Assembly: GCF_006345805.1 (NCBI RefSeq)
Contig: NC_043022.1
Coordinates: forward strand, 16,182,001-16,246,000
Reading direction: 5' to 3'
Origin: Octopus sinensis
Lineage: Eukaryota
DNA: 64,000 nucleotides
Shown: positions 35,545 through 48,112 of the stretch, one piece after another
Layout of the letters: each line of letters starts with the position of its first letter
Numbering within the stretch: position 1 is the first letter of the stretch
The notes under the pieces: model-generated
What the model saw: the letters and a program-made list of their open reading frames with translations, nothing else
The model's database searches: none
Told to the model about the DNA's origin: nothing
Program-made: the position numbers and the translations under genes

Positions 35545-35762
35545 AATAATCTAAATCTTCTGATATCAAGCTGCCTCTAGTTTTATGATATAAGCTTCTT
35601 GTTTTAAAGTGATTTGAATTCCTACCTTCCATCAAAATTTCATTTGTTCAAACACCAGTTCAATAAGCACAACGTTATTTCACTAAATTTTCCATTATTT
35701 TCAAAATTAATTGAAAGAAAGGCAGTGTAATTCAGGAGAACTATGGTAATAAAAGCATTAAA
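35545..35762 (+). mobile_element. piggyBac-like MITE
   Basis: Colinear with 42365-42582; ends aaaagcattaa. Confidence 0.6.
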
Positions 35763-37247
35763 ATGGTTCTAAACATATCGACAAATATGAATCTGTCTCC
35801 AATATTTTCAAATAGACGTCAATTTAACTACATTTTCTTATTTAGAATTTTTTCATCTTTTCTGGATTCTGACGTCATATTAAACTCATTTAATTCACAG
35901 AGGCCCAGTGACTGAAACTGAGTTATTCTGTTTTAAAAATAGCAAAATATAAGAAATATTTTTATTTATTTATGTATTTAGCATGTTTTGTTTTGAAAAA
36001 ATGGTTTATTTCTATTCTGATTTATCAGAAACAGTCGTGTCATTTAGTTCATATGATGAAAATCTAGTTCATAGAATGGATATTTAGTTCAGGAAATAAA
36101 CAGAGAAATTATCTGGAATAAAAGAGAAAAAAATACAATGGAATTTTATAAAATTATCTTGGTAATATTTTATTTTTATTTAAATTATGAATTGATTCTC
36201 ATAATCATCACAGCAATGATGATGAAGAGAATGAGTTCATTCTTCGGATAATAATAATGATAATTAATAATAATATTAGTAATAATAATAATAATAATAA
36301 TAATATTAATAATTGTTGTTGTTCGTTGTGGTGGATACATTGTGATTGCTTTAAGAATCGGGATCCTGTTGCTTTTGAAATTTATGAATAGTGGTGAAAA
36401 GAGGGATATAGAAATTTTGAACTGGATTTTCAAAGAGAATTTTAAATTATTTAATTTTAGGAAGTTAAAAAGTAAATAATTTCTTTCAAACACAATTTGT
36501 ATACTGAATAACATTATTTTCTTCATTTAGTAATTTTAATTTTATTTATTTATTTACTTATTTTATTTGCTATATACTTTCGCTTCTATAACTTTGATCT
36601 GATAGAAATGATTAAATATTAATTAGAATTTACAATGTTTATTTTCAATGATATCAAAAAAAAAAAAAAAGAAAAAGAAGAAGAAAAGGTGATTGAAAAT
36701 ATTTTTTCTTCTAAATATAGACGCAAGAGGAAAAACAGTTGATATAGTTTGGCTTTAATAATTTGTTTAAATTTTGTAATACAGGGGAAAAAAATATTTC
36801 AACAACTCAGTGCAAAGCACTTACAAAACATTGAGTAAAAGGCCATTGCATAGTCTTTGAAGAACATCAATTAGTGTACTTGTTTCAGTCCACTGCTTAA
36901 TTAAAATTAGGTGACACTACTGCTACTATTTCATTGAGGATTGGTTATGAGTTTTTTTTTTTTTTCAATTATTTCATTAGTTCGGCAATAATCAACTTGA
37001 TGATGATAATTGATTTCTGATATGCTTTTGGTAATATTTGTGTCACTAGTGTCTCCTCACTAGTCTTTTGTGAGCTTGAGGCTGACCCCTTTTGCAAATG
37101 TCTGCACCATCACTTCATGTGACATTGAGCCACCAAGGGAACCTCTACATGGCTACTAGAAATATCAACCAAATTTCCCTCAAAGTCACATCTTACTGAT
37201 TTAAATGACACATAGCTGAATCACTACCAGAACTGTAGAAAAAATTT

Positions 37248-37925
37248 CAGGTGTCGAAGCAAGATCTGAAGTCAAAGGGTATTAGAGTTAATTTAGAAAA
37301 AAATCGAAGTCTCAGTAAGTAGGAAAGCAGACAAATCACAAATCCATTCAGGTGGATGATCCTGCTTGATTTGTAGAAAAGACAGGTAAAAACTCCATAA
37401 GGTGTGCCTGGTGCAAGCTGTGGACACATAAGAGGTGCAGCAATATGAGAGGAAGGTTAACAGGGAAAATAGTCTTTGTGTGTGATAGATGCACAGCTAC
37501 GATAAATACTAGGAATGTACAGAAAATAGGCTCCATCGAATGCCAGAGGGGATACCTAGAAGTAGTTGATAGGTTTTGTTATCGAGGTGACCAGGTCAAC
37601 AGTGGAGGTGGATGCTCTGAGAGCATAGCTGCTAGAATAAGAATAGATTGGGCAAAGTTAAGAGAGCTTCTGCCTTTGGTGGCAACAAAGGGCCTCTCCC
37701 TCAGAGTGAAAGGCAGATTGTATGATGCCTGTGTGTGAACAGCCATGTTACATGGTAGTGAAATATGGGCTGTGACTGGGGAGGATATGTGAAGGCTTGA
37801 AAGAAATGAATCTAGCATGTTCCACTTGATGTGAAAATGTCAGTGTACATGTACAACAAAGTGTAAGCATGTTGAGAGAAAAATTGGGCATAAGAGACAT
37901 CATATGTGATGTGCAAGAGAGGTAA
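37248..37925 (+). mobile_element. RTE-clade LINE ORF fossil with a Cys-rich PHD-like insert
   Basis: QDLKSKGIRVNL..; CLICRK..SIRCAWCKLWTHKRCSN..VFVCDRC; LEVVDRFCYRGD; ARIRIDWAKLRELLPL..KGRLYDACV..MLHGSEIW (ORF 37445..37738 plus flanks). Confidence 0.9.
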
Positions 37926-38959
37926 CTGCTGGATGCCCTTCCTAATGTCAAACAATGGTAATAAAAATGAAGTGTTTGTTGAATAAATTTCATGGGCATG
38001 AAGAGTGAAAAAGTCTAATATTGTGGGCAGGGGTCACTCTGTATTTTGCATTGAAGATTATTGTATTGGAGATTAAGAAGCCTTTTTCATAAATACAATA
38101 CAAAGTAACTAATTTGAAATGGATTTGAACTTTCATCACAAGATTCACATTGAACAAGAAATAATTTCTATCTCAAAAATGCAAAATGTAAGTAAATTAT
38201 TCTACTAAATAAAGATGGTTGCAGAAGGAAAATGTTGTGAGTGACACAAAAAAACTACATTTATTGTCTTTTAAACGTCAACATTAAAACATTTTCTGTC
38301 ATACCATCTTACTTCTTGGATGTCATCAGTTTCTATTTTGGAGTTGGATTTCATATTTGATGGTCACTACCAGTGTAGGAGATATAAAGTTTCCACATAA
38401 AAATCAATAAAATAAATTCCTGAGGTTAGTTTGCACTTACAAAGCTAATTGAATCATAAAAATCAAAAAAGAATCCAGTCGTATCAAACTTTTTGATTTT
38501 TATGGAATTTGAAAATCAATTATCCATTACATTTAACACATGAAAGGAATTTGTCACATCTACCATTAAATACTTAATATTTATCTAATTTATCTTAAGT
38601 TATTCTAAAATCATTGATTTAACGATCTTGTTTACATAGTTTACCTGGGCAAATTTACTAAAGCAGTTCTCAGTCTTTCCCAGAACACAACACACCCATA
38701 AAATATAAAATGATTTTACAGCACGCCCACTGATAACTAATACCGAGGATTCATTTTAATAGAGAAATATTCATTGAATTATCTACTATTAATAAGCCAT
38801 AGTGGTACCCTGTCAGTTACCATGACAAAGGTTCCAGTTTCAGAAATTGCAGGAAAGGCTTTAAGAGCCTTGCAACCCATTTCTTCTGTGAGTTGATATC
38901 TTTGTTGTTAATAGGCATGCCAATTATTGTCAGTGAAAACTGTTGAATGAATGCATGGT

Positions 38960-39945
38960 TTAACCCCCTGGAAAATAGTGCCACTCCATTATTCAGTTGA
39001 ACATGTTACAATACTTTACCATGGGATAACTAACAATTTCTATATGAAACATTGTAAAGCTGTGTGTTGAGATGAGATTGTAGAAGACTACATTTGCTAA
39101 AATTAACCATGTCCACAGTGTAAGCAGTGTGTAGGTCTTCATGGCAGTTTCATGACATTCATGCATCACAATACACAAACATTGAGTTTAAAAAAGTTAG
39201 CAGTGTTCATCTGTTTTGTAAGCACAACAAAACCTTTAGCAGAGGTTGTCATCACCTTTATGTTGTTTGTGAACATTGCAACACAAAGCAGCCACTGATG
39301 CTCTTGCTCCTTAAACCATTGGTGCAGTTGAAACTACCCAAACCCTTAATTGTAGATTCCAGTTGGCAGCAACAAAAGAACGACAAAATAATTCTGCCTG
39401 CATCCACAAACTGGATTCTCTTGTTTGGTTGTGCCTCTCTGCTTACCCTCATCTCACTAGAAAGTGAAAGCCTCACACAACTAAATGTTTTATGCAACAC
39501 AATATTGTATGACATGCTGGAAATATGGATTTATTGCTTGTTTTAACAATGGATCTTTTATTATCCGTTCACAGCTTCTTGGCTTTGTATCATTGATAGA
39601 ATTTCCTTATAAGCTGGAAGAATTAATGTTTCACCAACTGTGTGAGCTATCATAGACTTGACAATTATTAGTGACACTGTGTGATACTAGAAGTGTCCTA
39701 GTGGAAACAGTTTCTTTGTTAATCATTCCTTTACCTGTGCATTCGTTATTTTTTAGCAATTGACCAAAGTATTCACATTTTTCTTTTACTCTGCTAATGG
39801 CTCTGGTGCTTCTCCAAATGTAATTTCCATTCACTTGGGGAGAAACTGTTCACAAATGATGCATTTAGAAAGAGGTGGATTGTCACCTTCAAAAGTGAAG
39901 CCAAACTGCAAGTAACAAGATTTCTATTGAGGAATCGGTAAATTT
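38960..39945 (-). mobile_element. hAT (Buster/Charlie, ZBED5/SCAND3-like) transposase fossil
   Basis: Frameshifted - strand pieces: YLQFGFTFEGDNPPLSKCIICEQ, PSEWKLHLEKH (BED-type finger), AHTVGETLILPAYKEILSMI, CTNG (CTDGA-like), VDMVNFSK, LSHGKVL (WLSRGKVL-like). Confidence 0.75.
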
Positions 39946-39957
39946 TGTTTTAGACGA

Positions 39958-40690
39958 GGTGCAGAGGTGGTTGTGTGGTTAAGAAGCTTGTCTCCTAACC
40001 ATGTGGTCTTGGGTTCAGTCCCACTACACAACACCTTGGGTAAGTGTCTTCTACTATAGCCCTGAACCAACCAAACAATTGTCAATGATTTTGTAAGATG
40101 GAAACTGAAAGAAGCCTATCAAATGTCGTTTTTCTGTTTTTTCTTTGTATTTGTTCCAGTCATTAGACTGTGGCCATGCTGAGGCACTGTCTTCGAGAAT
40201 CTTAGTTGAACAAATCAACCCCAGTACTTATTTTTTTTAAAGCCTAGTACTTATTGTATTGATCTCTCTTGCTGAATCACTAAGTTACATGGACATAAAC
40301 ACACCAACACAGGTTGTCAAGCAATGGTGAGAAACAAACACAGACGCAAAAATACATACACTCATATATATGTATATGTGCATATATTTACAAGGGCTTC
40401 TTTCAATTTCCATCTGCACACATACACATATATAAGTGTACACATGTATAAATAAGTGTATACCCTTGTCTTGATATCATGCCTGCTATAAACAAGAATC
40501 AGTGTCATACAAGTGATGTTGTTTGTTTCCGGTCTTCCATGATAAAACATCCCTGGCTGTGGGGAAATATTGCCTTCCTTGGCAAAACATAAGGATTGAT
40601 GACAGGAAGGGCATCCAGCTGTAGAAAATTGCCTTAAATTTTATGTGACCCTTGCAAGCTAGGAAAAATAGACATTAAATGATGATGATG
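39958..40690. mobile_element. Cluster: B head (+, 39958-40120), B body (-, 40130-40420), B2/RTE-type tail (+, 40440-40690)
   Basis: Motif matches to 33457, 5117 and 16330. Ends gacattaaatgatgatgatg. Confidence 0.7.
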
Positions 40691-41094
40691 AGGAAGAGAT
40701 GGCATTTATGGTGGCATCAGTGTCTGTTCATTGGTGGTGTTAAGGTTTTAGTTTTATGTATTATGATGACAAACTTGTCTATAATTATCTAAAAATTGAT
40801 TTAGAATAATTTTAGTGTTCGGAAAAGCAATTGTCATTTTGGTAATAGAGAAAATATAATTTCATGGGTGGTTTTGTTTTTAATTAAAAAATAGATTAAT
40901 TTAGGAGAATAAAAACCCAATACACCTAATTAGAACAACTCAGTTTATACAAATCTAATCTGAAAATCAAAACCATAATGTAGGACATCCACTGTCTGTT
41001 GTTATTGTTGTAGTTGTAACACTAAGATGTATATATTGAACATGGTCACATGCATATATCAACTGACTTTCAATATTATGATAATAATACCCTC

Positions 41095-41314
41095 AGCTGG
41101 CAGAATCATTAGCATCTGAACAAAATGCTTACTGGCATTTTGCCTGTCTTTACATTGTGAACTCCGAGTTGAAATTCTGCCGACGCTGACTGTGCCATTC
41201 ATCCTGTTGAGATTGATAAAATAAATAAAGGCTTGTATTGGGATCAGTGAAATCTGCTTGCTCTCTCCTACCCAAAATTTCAGGCCTTGTGCTTATCGTA
41301 GAATGGATTATTAC

Positions 41315-41353
<39 letters not shown>

Positions 41354-41390
41354 TATTATTATTATTATTATTATTATTATCATCATTATA
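41095..41390 (+). mobile_element. SINE family A with (ATT)n tail, diverged
   Basis: agctggcagaatcattagc...gttgaaattctgccgacgctgactgtgccattcatcc...caaaatttcaggccttgtg. Confidence 0.7.
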
Positions 41391-41664
41391 TCATGACATT
41401 CAAAGTATGTTGATATATGCATATGACTGTGTTCAATATGCACATTGAAGCGTTACTCATGTTTGTAAACAAGAACTATGGTTGCAATCATTATTATCTG
41501 GATGTGAATGAGTGCTTGTATGTGTATATATAAATTTATTATTATCAATATTGATACCAGGAAGAGAGGGAAGACGATAGTAGATAGTTGTCCAAGTCAA
41601 TTATGTATTACTTTGACAGACTGTCACAATATCAGCTAGCTGTGCATGTATCTTGCTTAGGTTT

Positions 41665-42020
41665 CTATCTTTTACTTGTTTCAGTCATTGGACTGTGGCC
41701 ATGCTGGGGCACTGCCTCAAAGGCTTTTAGCTGAACAAATTAACCCCAGTACTTATTTTTAAAATCCCTTTTGCCTTGCTGCTAAGTTACAGGGGAATAA
41801 ACAAACCAACATCGGGTGTCAAATAGTGAACAGAAACAAAGACCCACCCACATGACAGCTTTCCACAGAGTCTCCATCTACCAAATTTGCTTGCAAAATG
41901 TTGGTCGGCTCTAGACTAAAGTAGAAAACACTTGCCCAAGATGCCATGCTGTGGGACTGAACCTGAAACCATGTCATTGCAAAGTGAGTTTCTTAAGCAT
42001 TAAGCCATACCTGCACCTGT
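41665..42020 (-). mobile_element. SINE family B
   Basis: ttttacttgtttcagtcattggactgtggccatgctggggcac...cacttgcccaagatgccatgctgtgggactgaacc. Confidence 0.8.
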
Positions 42021-42364
42021 ATTTGTAGAGAACTGAAATAAGTTCCATATCCAACCCATACCAGTATGGAAAGCAGATATAACATGATGATGATGATAAT
42101 GTATATGTTTGTACATTGAAATTGCATTGTAAGTTGCCAGATCTTTTGCGAACTTGAAATGATAAATTGTATATAGTTAACTCACTAATAATAACTATTA
42201 GTTTTCTAAATGACCAAGATATTGTGGTACACTTTGGATTTCTTGCTGCTCATCTGTGTGCTGTGGCACAGTGGTTTGGAACTCTTGTATTAAAGCTGAC
42301 TGGCTTTCCATTATTGCTTTGGCATCCATTTAGTTGTAAATACTTTCTGAGATTTCATTAAATT

Positions 42365-42582
42365 CATGTTGAACCCATTTGAGATCATCTCTGGGTCTGT
42401 GATACAAACTTCCTGTTTTTAAAGTGATCTTAATTAAAATCTTCCATCAAAATTTCATGTTAATTTATGCTTCAAACACCAATTTAATTAATGACAAAGT
42501 CATATTTCTAAATTCTTTATTTTCAAAATTAATTGAAACAAAGGATATGTATTTCAGCAGAAATATGGTGACAAAAAAATTA
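42365..42582 (+). mobile_element. piggyBac-like MITE
   Basis: gatacaaacttcctgtttttaaagtgatc...ccatcaaaatttcatgttaatttatg...aattaattgaaacaaagg...aaatatggtgac...ttaa. Confidence 0.65.
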
Positions 42583-42899
42583 AAGCAAAATATGGAAGAG
42601 TATGTAGATGTTCATAAAACCTCAGTATGTATGTAAAAGGGATGGAAATTAACCTGACTCCCCACCCACACCTCAAATGGTATTTGTAAAAGATAATTTA
42701 TAAATATAGAGGAAATGAACTTGATGTCATTAAATTCATTTTAGTAGTAATTAAAAATATAATACTTAAATGGCATCACTAAATTACTTTGCTGCAGATT
42801 TCCTGAGACCATTGTCTTAACTTGAATCACAACTCACATTCACAGCAAAATATTATTTACTGAGGTAATGTCATTGCTCAATTCATAAGTAGTGGTCAC

Positions 42900-43340
42900 A
42901 TTTGTGCTCATGTTCTTGTTTCTTGAGTGTTTGCTCTAGCACCTCATCACTACCTTCCTCTTATCTCCTTCAGCCATGTTTCTCCTCCAAAGCAAGACAC
43001 CTGTGTTTGTCCCTCTGTCATACTTCAGTCTTTCAATACCTTGCACACAGCCACCCACCTCCAACTTCCCTCCCAAATACTTTCTCTTAGTAATCAGAGA
43101 TTTTCCCTTTTCTTTCTTCTCTGTTCTTTTCTGTCTTGCAAGTTACATGGCAACCACACTAGAGTTGGTGGCATGGAAAAAGCACCTAGTAGGGGTTGGT
43201 GTTGGGAAGGGCATCCGGCTGTAGAAGCCTTGCCAAAGATGACATTGAAGGTCAATGCAACCCTGCAGCTTGCTGGTTCTCTGTCAAATCATCCTACCCA
43301 TGCCAGCATGGGAAGCAGACATTAAGTGATGATGATGATG
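42900..43340 (+). mobile_element. RTE-type 3' UTR (long pyrimidine-rich variant) with (GAT)n tail
   Basis: gcaagttacatggcaacc...ggttggtgttgggaagggcatccggctgtagaa...cccatgccagcatggg...gatgatgatgat. Mirror copy at 46390-46955. Confidence 0.6.
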
Positions 43341-46004
43341 ATTTTCCTGAAATCACACATAACCATCTTATTAAAAGAAATACCTATTCGATAATGAGGA
43401 ATTTATAAACTGTACCTGCAAAAAAAAAAAAACAAAAAAAAAAACAAACAGAAAAAAAAAATGGAATGGTCATGGCTGGATGCTTTGTTTATCATAATTC
43501 TGTTTAGTCAAGGATAAACAACAGCTGCAGAAATGATTTCATGTGTATTTCACTTTTTTTTTTTTTTGGCAGTTCTCTGACAAAGATCAATTTGGCCTGG
43601 TTTTCTATTTAGTAAAGCTGGATGTAACTTCCTTCAAATCTGTTTCAGTTTAATTCACCATCTCTCCAATGTTTAGTCTTTCTGGGTGGAGCCAGACAGC
43701 CTCCCCATCTCAACTACCAATTTCTGGTCTTTCTGCTTTTGCTGTCTCCACTCCTATCCCCCACCTTCTTGATTTACATGCTTTATGTTTGAATCTCCTA
43801 ATGTTGGTGCCAGCAGAAAATACCACTCAGTACACTCCAGAAAGTACTTGACAGATCACATGACATTTAGGAGCACCAGTGTTGAGGAGCAGTAGCTGTT
43901 AATAAGAAATGACTTAGACCTATAATAACCTATCCAACCCATGCCAGCATCGAAAGTGGATGTAAAATGATGATGATCAACATCAAATGATGTGGTGCAT
44001 ATATCAGTATGTATGTGGGTGTGTGTCCACCACTTTTTTTTTTTTCAATATTAAATTCTGTTATATTTGTGATCTACACCATTTGAAAGGTATTTGTAGG
44101 AAATTTCACTAAAGAAAAATACCCAATTTCCTGAAAGTTATGTGGAAATAAAGTTTGCTTGTTTGAATTATCTGAAACTTTTCGCCCCACCTCCAAAATA
44201 ATTTCACAAATTCCAATATAATCATAATCTCTGTCTGAAAAGATTTTGTAGAAAATTTCACTAAAAGACATCTGTTTTTCTGAAAGTTATGAAGAAACAA
44301 AGTCAGGTGGGGACATAGCTGTGTAAGCATGCTTATATAACTTGAAATAATATAACAAAAAAATAAAAACAATCACTCAGAGATTGTCTTCATCAAAAGA
44401 CACCCCTGTCTTCATCAAAATTGATGATTATGCTAACAATTCTTTCTCTTTCTAAGGGTTTCACTTTAATTAGCCTTTCTGGGTTTACCATATTAATTAC
44501 CCTGAAATTTACTGTGTCATTTAGTTTTTGCCTACTATGCCAATCTTCTGGTATTTCCCTTATATTCTAATTTCAGGGTTTTTTATACAGTTTCTTTGTG
44601 TCTTCACTGAATACTTGATGACTTTTCGGAATCCTTCGACCAGTCCTTGTTCCAGTTATTAAAATATTCACTGAATATTGTTATTTGTTTGCTTAATTCC
44701 TCTCAGCTATTTCCACTAAATGTCCACATTGCCTCGACATTCTTTTATAACAACAGTGCTTCGGCTATACTTCAAGTGCAATTTGTAAAATGCAAGCCAG
44801 TGAAAGGAATCAATGGAGAGGAGGTTAGAGCATCAATAAATCATGAGTATAGATGAGATGATAGTAAACATGTCTGGCCACAGTATTACAAATACAACAG
44901 AAATGTGTGCAGTTGTCAAAGTTCACTTTTATGCACTGGGGAAAATTATGCAGAATTCATACAATTCTAGTTTTGATGGAATGTTATGTCCGATTGTATG
45001 AGCTTTTATATTCCGGTTATTTGTTGATAGGGATGAATTAATCATAATGACTTTGATAACTTAATAATAATGAATTAGTAATTAGTACATTGAATTAATG
45101 ATGATAATTTAGTGACTATGAATTGATGATGAGAATGATGATGATGATGATGATTTTGATGAAAGTCGAAATGAGTTAATAATTATAATCAATCGAAGCC
45201 AATATTTGATTATCCCAGGTAGATTTTGAACTGGAGAAGAAAGAAATCTATTTCCATCTGCACAAAAAAAGAAATTCTGTTATTTATCTTCTATTGTAGT
45301 TTATGGAAATCACTCTCAGGTTTTAGAATTGATCTTTTTTTATTCATTATTACTGTTATTATTGTTATTATTTTTTATTTTATTTTATTTAAAAAAAAAA
45401 AAAAATTTTTTTAACGAGTTTAGAACAATATCACTGCATTATTATTATGTAGGTAACACTATCGAAAAAAAAAATGGCCTGAATTTCACCCATCTTAATT
45501 TCTTTATTCTGATAGTCAAAGGCATAGCTGTGTGGTCAAGAAGTTTTACTTCACAGCCACATTGTCTTGGTTTCAATCCCTCTGCATGGCATCTTGAGAA
45601 GCTGTTTTCTAACAACATACCCTTGAGCTTGCTAACTCCTTGTCAGTGAAATCGGTAAGCAGAAACTGAGCAGCATTGGTTTGAACAAATGAATCACACA
45701 CACATACCTCATCAGCAAAACTGAGTTCTGAAAGTGCTTGTATAAAGAAGTGCTAATTGCTAAATGTGGCGGGAACTTGTGTAAGAGGGACACCCTGGAA
45801 GACATGGGCTGAAGTGGTTAAGGCTACAATCTGATGACTGATACAAGTAAAAGAACTAAAAAGTAACCTTGGCAGTGTTATGTGTTTGTCGTTACAGTGT
45901 GTTGTGTGTTACCAGAGTGTTCAGAGTTCAACCCCTGTCATTTCAGTTATTTTAGACCCAAGATTCTAGTCACATATTTGAGTTGAGGCTTCATGTACGA
46001 CGCT

Positions 46005-46260
46005 TCATCATCTTCATTTTAATGTTCACTTTTCTGTGCTTGCATTTGCTGGATGGAATTTGTTGAGGCAGAATTTCTTTGGCTGGATGCTCTTCCTGTC
46101 ACCAACCCTCACCTTTTTCCAACTAAATTAATATTTTCCCATGAACAGACTTATTTTCACGGAAGATTGAGAACAAAGGACACTGTTTGTATGACAGTGA
46201 CACTCGCTTACAACTATCACATGTAGGCAAGGAGACAGTAACACACACACGCACGCACGC
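46005..46260 (-). mobile_element. B2-type tail (RTE-like 3' end)
   Basis: tcatcatc...ttgttgaggcagaatttctttggctggatgctcttcctgtcaccaaccctc...gacagtgacactcgcttacaactatcac. Confidence 0.7.
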
Positions 46261-46389
46261 ACACATATATACATACATGCACCAGAAATGGCCTGAACTC
46301 TCTGCAGGAACACCCTCCCTGTACATAACTCCATGCCCCCCTACATGGCCTTGCTTTTTGCTTTTTGAGCCCAAAAATTAACTTAACTT

Positions 46390-46955
46390 ACATCATCACA
46401 TTTAATGTCTTTTTTCAATGCTGGCAATGGACTGGTCAGTTTGACAGAATCTGATGAGCTGTAAGGTCATGCCAAGCCCCAGTGTCTGCTTCAATGGCTG
46501 GATACCATTCCTAATGTCAACTAGTTTACAGTGTACTGGGTGCTTTATTTTGTTCCACTGGCACTTGCCAGTTTGCCAAATAACTTGCAGAGTAAGAAAC
46601 TGGAAGAAGGAGGAAAAAAAGTGGGGAAGGAAAAGGAAGAAAAAGCCTTTTTACCTTTAAGGGAGGGCATTAGTATTTGAGAGGCAGAGAGGTGATGGGT
46701 CTTAGCCAGATGTTGAGAGGCATGAGTATAATGGAAGAACAAGGGGCTTGCTATGAAGCTGAGTAGTTGAGAAAGCTGGAAAGAAGACTGAAGTGGTGGT
46801 GGGTGCTGGATCACAGAGGATGAGGTGCATAGAGGGGAAAGGTGGGGTAGAGGTGCATGTGGTGAGGGATGAGAGATATAGGAGTGGCTCAGGGAGCTAT
46901 GGTAAGTGAGATGTGATGGTAGATATGAGAGGGTGTTGAGAGTGATATAGAGTGG
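46390..46955 (-). mobile_element. RTE-type 3' UTR, long variant
   Basis: catcatc...ctggataccattcctaatgtcaac...ccaaataacttgcag followed by a purine-rich block; reverse complement of the 42900-43340 type. Confidence 0.55.
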
Positions 46956-47260
46956 GCTTCTTTCAGTTTCCATCTACCAAATCTACTCACAAGGCATTGA
47001 TCAGTCTGAGGTTGTAATGCTCAAGGTACCATGCTGTGGACCTCAACTGGGAACCATGTGGTTGGAGAGCAAATTGTTGTTGTTATTTAGCCCTACCTTA
47101 ATTCTAATCAAATAAACCTATGACCAAAGGCATTCCAGTTATGATAATCCTAATTTTTTATATATCTAATATTACATTTTTTAGTATGTATCCTTCCTTG
47201 TTTTAGACAATGTGACTCGAGGGATGTATGACTGCTGTTTCTAGCAAGTCAAGCAACCAC
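46956..47260 (-). mobile_element. Family B head fragment followed by a family D repeat
   Basis: cttctttcagtttccatctaccaaatc (46957), then ttgttgttgttatttagccc...aaaggcattccag...gatgtatgactgctgtttctagcaagtcaagc. Confidence 0.55.
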
Positions 47261-47861
47261 ATAAAGGCCTCTCTTTGTTGGCTCATAGACCAGAATTTCA
47301 ACAATTTATTGTTTAAAATATTTAATATATTTCTTTTCATTTCCCCTCAAAGATTTGTTAAAGTTGTCACCAATATATTGAAATATAATTGGAAAGTCTT
47401 CTTTCATATTTCTCAATCTTGGCATTGATTTTCTTTTTATATCTATTTGATATTATTGATTGTTCTGTTTACCGGGACATGGTAGTAGGCTACTGTTATC
47501 ATCGTGCAGCTCTTCTTATTGTTACTGAAGAGACAAACAATGAATTTAAAAAAAAACAGAAACAAAATAAAACCACCGAAAAAATTTTTTTTAACGTTTA
47601 GGAAATAATTGTACTTAATCAACCATGTGCCTTGGTGCACATACAATAAACAAATCTAAAAGCATTTGTTAAATGTACAAGAATGCTTCCTGGTGTTCAC
47701 CAATAGAATAGTCGTTTATGTAATCTGTCTTGCTTTAGAAACCAACCAGAGAATAGAGAAGTCGTCTCTGTATTTGAGTATAAAGTAATCAACATTTAAT
47801 GTACTACTTTAGGAAAAAAGTCATGTGGTGTTAATTGATCACGGCTTTATTTCTGTCTTTT

Positions 47862-47892
47862 CCCCCCACCCCCGCCCCACCCCACTCCCCCC
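47862..47892 (-). other. Putative G-quadruplex with embedded GC box
   Basis: Five C-runs (6,5,4,4,6) with 1-3-nt spacers on +; contains ccccgcccc. Confidence 0.6.
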
Positions 47893-48076
47893 ACTAATCA
47901 ATGAATATTAAAATTTTACAAACAAAGCTACTACCAATAATTATTGACTGTATCAATTTTTCCTGAAAGCATTTAATTTTCTGATATTTAGTCGTATCAC
48001 CCTGTCCAGATTGATATTAATAAAGCTTTAACGAAGCCATAGGAATTCTCTATTATTATTATTATTATTATTATTA

Positions 48077-48112
<36 letters not shown>

